From Camelus ferus (taxonomy: Eukaryota): a stretch of DNA of 64,000 bases. Of the stretch, positions 39,501 through 50,200 are shown one piece after another (position 1 is the stretch's first letter; every line of letters begins with the position of its first letter). The DNA lies in NCBI RefSeq assembly GCF_009834535.1, contig NC_045696.1, positions 93,932,001 to 93,996,000 of the forward strand, in the 5' to 3' direction. The notes under the pieces were generated by a model, which searched no databases, was not told the DNA's origin, and saw only the letters and a list, made by a program, of their open reading frames with translations. The translations under genes and the position numbers were made by a program.

Positions 39501-40782
39501 AATGATGATATAATTGCCTACTATAGCTAGACCTTGGCTATATGTTGTCCCAGAAAATGCAATCTTCATAGTAATTCTAAAAGGTAGGCAATATGTTTCC
39601 TATTTTACCAATGAGGAATCTGAAGTTCAGAGAAATCCAGAGTTCCCATAGTGACACAGTAGGTGGCAAAAATCATATTCTAGTCCAGGTCTTCAGATGC
39701 CTCAATGTGTTACTGATAAACTATTTTAAGATCTATTTTACTACATGAAGTGACAATGAGTCAGAATATTTTAAATTAATGCTGTTCTGGAGAATTTAGA
39801 ATATATGACTATTAAATAATTAATCACTAATTATATAGCCTTGTGTTTTTGACATTTAGCCTAGTTTTATGCTTTGTCCTTCTAACTAGATTGTAAGCAT
39901 ACATGATTTTTTACTTTTTCCTACCCCTCCCTACATTGCTCAGATGTTTTACAAATGATTTTGGCTGGATTATTTTTGAGAAGAACCAGGGAAAGTGTGC
40001 CTAGGAGTGTGGGGATATGGAATGTGTGGGTGGAGAAGGGTCAGGCAGGTGAAGGTGGGGTGCATTGACAGTGGGCCTGCCCTCAGCCCACTTCCCATGT
40101 ACCACACCCCATAGGTAGTTACCATGGAGAAAACTCTTGTTCCCAATTGCTTGGTTAACAGGAGTATCTAATGGAAAAGAGAAATTTCTACAGAATATTA
40201 GGTACTAAGATTTCAAAACTCAGGAGTGATGGGAAGATAAAAGTGATCACTCTGGGTTACTGAAAATGTCTTTTTAAAAAAATCCTTCAAGATTGTCAGT
40301 AAAAAGTTGAAGGTAAAATAAATGGAAAGATGTTGGTGAGGAAAACGGTGTCTACTGTGCTGACTAGAAGCTGTGAAAAGCAAAGGGGTTGCTTAACAAT
40401 GAAACCGAAATCAAAGGTGGGCAGACATATTGTCCTGTTTTAAATGCTACAACATAATAGATATGAAAACCGGAAAAACTTAAATGACACTGGAGTCCAG
40501 AAATGCGAGAGTGCTTTAATTTGCTGATAGCATTTTTCCCCTGCCACTAAATCACCTATATCAGGCAATGCACCTACTTGGAAATGAACTCATTTATCTA
40601 TTGTGTCTCAGAGGTGACGTGATGGTATAAATTCCTTTTAGATATAAAATTGGAGAAATTCCTCTGTATTCACATGCCTGAGAACAACCCAGCTGTGCCC
40701 TCTAGTGATCATGCTGTCCTGTTGCTTTATTAGGAGATGAAAAATACTGAACAAATGTATTCTGGCTGCCTCTCCTATCTTT

Positions 40783-41601
40783 GAAATTAGCTTTTTTTTT
40801 TTTTTTTTTTTAGTGAAATATTTATTGAAACTAGACTAAACAATCCCGAGGTTTGTTGGGATCTTAGGGGTCATTTGACCAGACTCTCCACCTGATGCAT
40901 GATTCCAAGGAGCAATTTCAGATTGTTTCAGTCTTTTAATAGCTAATTAACTTCTATGCACAACTCCATGTTTGTCTTTTGGTTCAAGCTTGTTGACTTT
41001 GTGGTCCATGTTTACTGTATCTGTAGAATTTTTTTTCCTTTTTGATCTATCAAGAACCAATAGAGGTGTGTAAAAACTTCCGGATAAATATATTTCTACT
41101 TGTAATTCTATTTATTTCTTGTATACTTGGAGGTTATTTTTTTATTTCAAGCCTAGTTTATTAGACCATTGGCATAGCGATACAATGTATTATGTACAGG
41201 TTATTGTTTGTACATGGAACAGCAGTCTTACTAGTTGTAGAGCAAAATCTCATTTAAAAAAAAAAGACAAATGAACTTATTTACAAAACAGAAACAGACT
41301 CACAGACATAGAAAACAAACATGGCTCCAGGGGGAAGAAGGTGGGAAGGAATAAATTGGGAGTTCAAGATTTGCAGATACTGACTGGTATATATAAAACA
41401 GATAAATAAGTTTATACTGTATAGCACAGGGAACTATATTCAATATCTTGTAGTAGCTTATGATGAAAAAGAATGTGAAAACGAATATATGCATACTCAT
41501 GTATGACTGAAGCATTGTGCTATACATCAGAAACTGACACAACCTTGTAAACTGACTATACTTCAATTAAAAAAATACAAAAACAAAGAAATTAGCTTTT
41601 T
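40783..41601 (-). mobile_element. L1-mediated insertion: inverted L1 3' end plus transduced genomic flank, bounded by a 14-bp TSD
   Basis: TSD gaaattagcttttt at 40783-40796 and 41588-41601; T20 at 40792-40811; minus-strand AATAAA at 40826-40821; plus-oriented L1 3' UTR at about 41255-41587. Confidence 0.85.
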
Positions 41602-42104
41602 GTGAGGGATGATTGGTACTCTGGAAAATAAATGCTTCTAGGAAACAGGTATAATGAATGTGAAGCAAAAAGTTCTTTATTTCTGTTCCTGGAGCTCCCT
41701 TTTTTCCCCACTTATGAATTCCTTTATAAAGTTGGGCCCTTGGTGAAACTGATGACTTCAACTCCACACTAGTCAGTTACCAGGGGATTGGATTTAGGCA
41801 TAAAGAAATCTTCACAGGCCCAATATTGCAAAGAAGTTGGATCAAGTTAGGGCAATCATTTTTTTTAAAGCAGTATTAAACTTCCTTAATACATGTTGCA
41901 ATATATGGTATGGCAAAAGGGCTGTCAGGGTAGAGGAATTTTCAGTCAAATTTGACTGTTGGTTTGATTTAATTTTACCAGGAATACATATGTACCTGTC
42001 TCAACTTCTCGGCTTGGTTGTAACTTCCTTGTATACAAGTCCTGTATCTTCTAGAACCTGGTGTTTTATACCATATCTCAAAGTGTGCCTTGCATACACA
42101 ATGT

Positions 42105-43690
42105 TTAAAACAATTTTCTGAAACAATCACAAACTTACAGAAAAGTTGCACAAGTACTTTTTTCTGGACCACTTACGAGAAAATTGCACATGCAATGCCG
42201 ACTCCCCTGAATATTTTAATGTGTATTTCCTACAAATAAAGACAGATTCTCCTACATAGCCACAATGCCATCAAAAGCAGAAAATCAGCACTGATATATT
42301 ACTAAACCTCAGACCTCATTCAAGTTTTGCCTTTTGTCCCAGTAGTGACCTTTACAACACAAAGATCAATTTCAGGATGCGTTGCATTTAGTTGTTATTT
42401 CTCTTTAGTCTCCTTCACCCTGGAACAGTATTTCACTCTTTTCACTTTCATGACCTTGATAACTTTTGAGAATTATTGCCCTATTTTGTACAATGGTCCT
42501 TAATTTGGGTTTGTCTGATGTTTCCTTACAATTAGGTTTAGGTTGTACACCATTGGCAGGAGTGTCACAGAAGTGATACTGTGTCACCTACCAGGTGACA
42601 TGTGAGTTCAATATGCCCCATTATTAATGATTTTCATTTTTATCCCTTGATTAAAGTGGTGTCTACCAGGTTTTTCCACCATAAAGTTACTCTTCTCACT
42701 TAGTAATTTATAAGTGCTTTGTTTAGAGTACTTTTAGACTATGTAAATATTCTGTTTTTCATCAAACTTCCAATGTATTCATTTACTTGTATCTCTTTTA
42801 ATTCATGGTTTTTATTTTATTCAATTGAATTAATTTTATTCAAAGCCCCATTAATAACATTATTTATTTTGCTCAAAGTTTCTCCAGTTTGGTCAATAGG
42901 AGTCCCTGGAAGTTGACTTCTGTGTCCTTCTGACATGTTCCCATTGTTTTTTAGAGGTTTTTGTTTGTTTCTTAGTTTTCTTGGTCTTGATCATCCTGTA
43001 CTTTCCCAGTCCCACCCCTGGAATCAGTCATTTTTCCAAGAAGTTCCTGGATCCTTTTAGTGGAGAATGGTATTTAGAAACCAAGATCTAGGTGCTAGAT
43101 GCTCTTGTTGCCCCCTCAGAACACTGAGTTAAGGACTAGATGTATGTACACACACACACATTTACATCTATGTTTATTTCCATATCTATCTATATGTATT
43201 CAAAACCATGAGCTCTTACTGATACCTCCTACTCCAGTTTGGCCCAGAGTTCACTCTAGTTGTTTTTTCCTTTGTTGTAATTCCCCTCTCTAAAAGTGAG
43301 AAACTTGGCCCCTGTTTTCCTTGATATATTTACTTAATCAGTTTACCCAAGTGTTGCTCCTATGCATGTTTGCTCTCCTCACCCCAGCTCGAACACCTGT
43401 GCAGGGTTACCCTCAAGTGGATATCCTCTGAGCCCAGGTGGATCCCTGACTTCCCATTTTGAGCTGCCCCTGTGAGTGCCAGCCCTGTTCACCTTCATCA
43501 GGTTCTGTCACCCCCGTTCCAAGCTCCCCCCATGCAAGGACACCCTCCTTATGCCACTTAGTTGGTAGGGGGAACAGTAAAGGTCCCTAGAGTTTTAGGA
43601 CTAAAATTTCAGGATAGGAAAAGAGAGAGGGGAGGAAGGGAAAGAACTTTTTTATGTTCTTCTTTAAATGTGTGTGAATGAATGAATGAA
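42105..43690 (-). mobile_element. L1MC-type (L1MC3-like) 3' region, resuming briefly after 44360
   Basis: aatcacaaacttacagaaaagttgcac...ttcccagtcccacccctggaatcagtcatttttccaag...gaatggtatttagaaaccaagatct; C-rich ccctcct repeats at 43350-43560. Confidence 0.65.
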
Positions 43691-43693
43691 TGG

Positions 43694-44345
43694 TGTATTA
43701 GTTTCCTACAGAGGCCATAACAAATTACCACAAAGCGGATGTCTTAAGACAACAGAAACATAGTCTTGCAGCCCTGGAGGCTAAGTCTGAATATAAGATG
43801 TCAACAGGGCCATGGTCTTTCTGAAGGCTCTAGGGGAGGACCCTTCCTTGCCTCTTCTATTGCTGGTGGTTGCCAGCAATCCTCGGTGCTTCTTGGCTTT
43901 CAGCTGCATAACTCCAGCCTCTGCCTCTGTAGTCACATGGCATTTTTTCTGGGTGACTGTGTTTCTTCTCTTCTTTTTTTAAAACTACTATGTATAAAAT
44001 AAACAAGCTACAAAGATATATCGTGCAGCACAGAGAATACAGCCAACATTCTACAATACCCTAAATGGAGTACAATCTACAAAAATACTGAATCACAATG
44101 TTGTACACCTGAAACCAACACAATACTGCAAAACAACTATACTTCAATAAAAATAAAATAAAATAAAAGACATAGCTTTCAAAAAAAAAAAAAAAAAAGA
44201 ACTCCACATGTCAGATATTTCTAGGGCTCAAGACAAAAAAACAAAACACTGGATTATTTAAACCGTGACTAGTCTTTCCATGCAAGTTGTCTCTTTTCTA
44301 AGGACACCAGTCATATTGGATTAAAGGTCCACCCTAGTTATTAAC
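43694..44345 (-). mobile_element. MLT1 LTR split by a younger insertion (43974-44289)
   Basis: tgtattagtttcct...aacaaattaccacaaa...cagggccatggtctttctgaaggctctaggggagga...tctcttct[insert]tctcttttctaaggacaccagtcatattggattaaagg. Confidence 0.85.
43974..44289. mobile_element. Retro-insert: T7 + L1 3' end + 12 nt + A18 + ~90 nt unique sequence
   Basis: Interrupts contiguous MLT1 sequence; degenerate TSD tctcttct (43967-43974) / tctctttt (44290-44297). Confidence 0.75.
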
Positions 44346-45469
44346 TAATTACATCTAATTAGCCACTTAGCTAAACAATGATTGAATGAATGGTATTTAG
44401 AAACCGAGATCTGGGTGTCAGACACCCCTGTGGCTTGGCCACTTTCGAAGTCACTTGCACTGACTTACAGATGTTTATGCTCCTTAGGGCTCCATGCTCA
44501 GTTCTTTTTCTCTTTGCCATCCACTCTCTCGACCATCCTCATGCTTTCCTATGTCATCTCTATAACAACTTCCAACACTATATCACTCCCAATGTAGACC
44601 TAGCTCCAAAGCTTCAGACTTGGTATCACATGCTACCTATAGAACCAGACTTGGTTGTTTCACATATTCAAAACCAAATTTTTATTTCCCCCTACTCACC
44701 CACCTCCACCTGAAACTGCACCTTCTCCCATCTTTTCCATCATAGGTTGCTCAAGCCCAACCTGCTTGCCATACTTGATACTTACCTTCCTTCAAATATT
44801 ATTTTTTCCAAGCCATTGCTACAAATTCTTATGTCTTCTACTTACTCTTTCTGTCTTCTTTCCATCTCAGCTGCTACTATCCTAGTCAAAACCTCCATTA
44901 TTTCTCACATGATTGACTGCATTTTGACCCAAACTTATAGCCCCAGTTCTGATACTGCCCCCTTCAACTGATTATCCACACTATAGCCAGAGTGATTCTT
45001 TAAAAAGGCAATTTTTAAAATAAAAATTTTAGCCATAGCTCGAAGTAGAAAAAAAATAGTATAATGAGCCAGAATCAACAATTACCAGCATCTTGCCATA
45101 CTTGCTTCCTTGCTTAATCTATGCCTTCCTTCCATCCTCCTCTCTTCCTTCCTCCCCCGCTTCCTCTCTTCCTCCCTACCTCACTTTTCTTTCACCTTCT
45201 TTCTACCTCTTATTGTTACTTATTTATTTTTGCAGGTATATTTTACAGGAAATTCTTGACATAAAATTTCATCTCTATTTCGGAAACATTTCTAAAGAAT
45301 AAAGAATAAGGATATTTTCTTATATAGCCATAGCACCAGTACAACACACCAAATTAAAAATAATCCCTCAATATCATCTACTCTTCAGTCTATATTAAAA
45401 GTTCTTTGTCTCAAAAACATCTTTTTACATTTTGTTTGTTACAGTATTCAGTTAAAAATATGAATGATA

Positions 45470-47252
45470 TTCAAGATGGGGGATATTCATTCTTTCCAGG
45501 CCCGCCTCTTGAAACTAAAAAACCCTCAAGATAACACAACAAATAAGCACAGAAAGATTCTGAAAGGTGAAAAGAAGGCAGAAAGGTCTAAGGACCTCGG
45601 GATTTGAGGAAGGACATAGCAAAGGGTCCTTGAGTTTCTTTATTGCCTCTTTTGTGTTCCAGACAGGTTGTTCCCTCCAAACTGGAACTGCCAACAGGCA
45701 CAGACAAAAAGGCTCCCAGAAATAGCCTGTTTCCATAGCCAAAGGATCAGGAAAAAGATGGCCTAACAACAGGAAATCTTTTTGGCAATACCTGCTCTAC
45801 TCCAGCCAAACACCAACAGAAAAACTGCCTGCCTTCCTATGGCTTCAGTGGGGTCAAACAGGAAGCTGATTTTCCATACCTTGTCTGTCCCCACCCCCAT
45901 AGAAGCACATAATGGTGCTCTGATACTCTTGTCTGCTGGGGTAAAATCAGTAAGACTGTGTGGGGAGTTGACCTTCCATCTCCCTCTCAGTGGAAGCAGT
46001 TGATGCTCTGCTCCCCCTGCTTGGGTAGTGCTGGCTGGGCTGAACGAGGAGCTGATCTTTCCACCAGAAGCAGACATTTCTCCCATTCTCCTGCCGGGGT
46101 AGTATCAGGGAGGTCCAGGGGCAAGCTGAGCCTCCACTCCCATCTGGCAAGGAGACTGAAAGGATCAGTACTTCATTACTCTGCACCACAGGTATCAGCT
46201 GGGCTTGGTGGGGCTCAGAGCTTTTGCCCAGATCCTGCAGCAACAAAGCCTGGGACTCTGCCCCTGATTTCCCCTTCCCTGAGGTCAGTAGGGCCAAACG
46301 GGGAGCTGAGCTCACCCCTCAGATGCTCAACTCAGATGCAATGAGAGAGCCAGTTGGTTTTTCACTTTCCATAGGAGGGTGTGTCAGCAAGGCTGAGCTC
46401 CCTCCTCTGCCCATCTACAGTAAGGCAGTGTGAGTCTGTGTTCCACTTTTGGGGTGTTGTTGGCAGGGCCCAGGGGAAAGCACAACATGCATAACCACTT
46501 AGCTCTTGCACTACATTTCCACAGGAGACTGCTTGCTAAAAAAGAAGATTAAAAAGGATATGGAATCTCATAATACAATATCCAGAATGTTCAGGGTGCA
46601 ATGGAAAATGAAAATCAATTGTCATAACAACAAATCATAACTTGAATGAGAAGAGAAAATCAACAGATGTGAACACCAATAAGAATTCGACATTGGGATG
46701 AGTTGACACAGATTTAAAATAGCCTTCATAAAATGTCTCAACAAACAATAACAAATTCTCTTGAAACAAGTGAAAAGTGGAAAATAACAGTAAAGAAATA
46801 GAAATCATAAAAAAGAACCAGATGGAAGTTATAGATGGAAAAATATAATAACTGAAATATAAAACTCTTATCGATGGGCTCAATAGCAGCTTGAAGATGG
46901 CAGAGGATAAAAATCAGTAAATTGAGGATAGATTAGCAGAATTTATCCAAACTCTCCAAACTCTCTGAATATCAGAGCGGAAACAGTCTGAAAAAATAAA
47001 TGAACAGAGTCTTAGAGACCTGTGAGATAATAACAAAGACCTAACATTTATATCATAGGAGTCCCAGAAGGCAAGGAGAGAGAGTGGGACTGAAGTTTTA
47101 GAAGAAATAATGGTTAAAAACTTTCCAAAGTTGGGAAAAGATGTAAACTTAAAGATTCAAGATGAGTCAAACATAAATAGGATAAATGCAAAAAAATCTA
47201 CTCTGACATATTATAAACTTTTGAAAACACAAGACACAGGGAAAAAAAATCT
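45470..47252 (+). mobile_element. Old L1 5' UTR plus degenerate ORF1
   Basis: gatgggctcaatagcag...gcagaggataaaaatcagtaaattgaggatag...ataggagtcccagaagg...gaagaaataatggttaaaaactttccaaa, classic L1 ORF1 remnants with many stops. Confidence 0.8.
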
Positions 47253-50200
47253 TCTAATATGGATCAGATGATGGCATTCTCCTGTTCAAAACCTCCAATG
47301 GCTTCCCTTATGCCCACAATCCAGAACTAGGTTTAATAATGGTGATTTGGGGCTCCTATGCTTCAGTACTGTTAAGGATACCAGAAGCCACAGAAATAGC
47401 CAGTGGCTTGTTCAGTTTCCAACCGTGAGGCTGAGCCTATGTTCTCTTACCTCCCTGGTCCAAGCTAAGTTGTAATCTTAGGCAGCAGGACAATTTTCTA
47501 AAGCCTCCTTTTACAAATAAGGGGACTCCATCCATGGCACTTACTTGCACAGTGGACCTGGCTCTGGCTGCTGTCTCCCCAGCTCATCACTCACATGAAA
47601 AATTTTAAGTCAACATTACCTGGCAGGAGACAAAATCCACATAACCTCTGCCTGTCTCTGTCCTTGGAGCCCAACAGATCTTGAATTCACTCACAACTTT
47701 CCATTTCTGCTCCATTTGTGGTCCATGAACATGTCTATTTGATTATACGGATTCTTAATTTACTCACATATTCAGTCACTTTTTTTGTGAACAAATACTT
47801 AATGAGTAATATGTGCTTAATAACTGAGTAAGAAGAGCATAGACCAGTTAGACATAGATTATGTTCTAGAGACACTTAGAATTGGTTGGTAGGAGAAAGA
47901 ACACAGGTACCCTCATAAAAAGCCAGCACTCCATAGCGCTTGCTGTACGTGCAGCACTTTACATGGATTAACTGATTTAATATCCGTAACAACACTGTGA
48001 GTTGGGTGCTATTATTATACTCTCTCATTATTTTTCTCTTACTTAGAGGAATGCTGACATAAAGTGACTAACTCACCCAAGGTGCCACATCTTGTTCATG
48101 GAGGAACTAGGATGCAGGCCAGCAAAAGGAAATCAGTTTGAGGCTAGATGATTGAAAGACAGGCCAGTGCACTTGGCTCTGGTGTAGAATTTTGGAAGGA
48201 CTTAGAACAGAGGTGTGATCATTAAGGTCAGTCAGATTTTAGCCAACAGGTAGAGTGGATTAGGTTGGGAGAGCCTCTGGTGAGATTACAAGACAATGGG
48301 GACCCAGGAGCATGGTGGCCATGAGAATGAACCAGAAAGTACAGAATAACAGCACCTAGTGACAGATTAGATGTAAAGAGGATAAAGCCACCTCTTCCAT
48401 GTCAAAAATTAAAGGATGCCAAAGATCCCTGGACTATGGCATGAGAGACATGAGCTTTGTCAGCGTTTCGCTGTGTACTAGTTGTGTGTGTTTTTTGGCA
48501 TGACACATTTAATCCTGTCTTCTTAGTTTTCAAATGAAATTCAATCAGATTAGAGGCTCTAAAATAGAAGCTACCATGCTATGATTTACTGCTATATTTT
48601 TTTTAAAGAAACCAGTGAAGCATTTTATAAAAATCTGAATTCTGTCAACATTTGAGCATTGGGATTACACACAAACCTGGATTTCTAGCTTTTCTTGAAA
48701 AACTGGAAGATCTGTTAACACCAGGCTCCTGACCACACCTTGAGAAGCTGCTGTCCCTCTTAGCTAGGTCACATACCTCCCATCCTCCTATCCCACAAGT
48801 TTACTTCAATCATATTGCCTATCTGGTATCTATACTCAAAAAATATTTGAATATTTCTAGCTCTGAACTAGTTGTTTTTCCAGTTTCTTCCATTTGTAAA
48901 TCTTGTGAATCTATAACTGTCATACATATCCTAAAAAGGGGGAAATGCTAACAGTAACAGGTTTAAGAGTTTATCTTGTGCACTATATTTTAAGTCCTTT
49001 ACACACATTATTTCCTTTGATCCTCAAAACAACCCTTTGGCAGCAATACTATTTTTCATTATCCCCATGTTACAAGTGAGGAACAATCGCCCAGAGAGGC
49101 TAATTTGCCCAAGGTCATATGATGGCTAAGTGGTAAATTGGGATTTGAACCCACTAGTCTGAGTCCAGATCTAATGCTTCTAAATCATTAAGCTCTGAAA
49201 TGCGAAGATCAGCGAATTTTGGAGAAAGGCTATTTGGTTCTCAGTGTATGAGAGGATGATGGTCAGCATATCTTCATGGCTGTGAAGTGGACGAAGATGA
49301 TCAAGAGACTTGCTACCCTAGGTAGAGCAGTGAGAACCCTCAGCCCTTGTAATTCATGCCACCTGTTAAACGCAAGAAGAAGAGACCCAACGTAGTCCTA
49401 GAGATAATGAAGTGTTAAGAGCTCGGATGAGAAAGGCTTTGAAAAGTTTTAAGAATTAAAGGGGGAACCAAAGCCAGAGTGACAGCTCAGGGTTGGGGGT
49501 GGTGGCACAGTAAAGCTAGACACGTGCTAGTCCTTTTCTTCTGCCAAGAAGCTACACGTGCAAACTTGAGATCTAGACTGAAGGCCAGACAGGTGAGATA
49601 TTGGCTGTACATCCATCAAGTCAAATTTACAAACCATGGTGAGAGAGATGTTTTTTCAGAACTATCCAGAGTGCTGTCTTATTAAATATGGCTATCTAAA
49701 ATATATAATACAATTTAACAAAATAAGGAAAAACGTACATAAGTCTTTAGGAACTTATGCCTATGAAAAAGCTTAAATATGAAATCAGAAGTAGCATACT
49801 TTTCCTAAAACATATACGAGCATTTTCCTTCTTTGATTATCACAATTTTCCTTTTTCTTTTATTTTTAATTCCTTTTGTGAGAAAGATAGTAATAGAAAA
49901 TTACTTTAAAATTATATAATTAATAAGAAGCAAATGGAGCATATATATAAATGAAAAGAATAATCTTTTATAATAACTGGGCCCACTGAGATATAGATTA
50001 GAGAAATGGTTCATCCTCTATGATGTTTTTGGAAGAGTTGCTAATAAACTAAGTTCAGAACTCTGATTTATTTTTCCACTTAGGAAACATTTATTAAGCA
50101 CCTATTTTGCACTGGGATCTGGGAGGGAGGCAGAGGGAAGAAGATAATATGATTAAGATTCAGTGCAGGATTTGAAGTATCTATAATTTGCTCTAGTAAT

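Noticed and set aside
43065..44417. 28/30-bp direct repeat gaatggtatttagaaacc(a/g)agatct(a/g)ggtg 1.3 kb apart
   Set aside because: Both copies sit in L1MC-type sequence, so internal repeat structure of that family is the likely cause.
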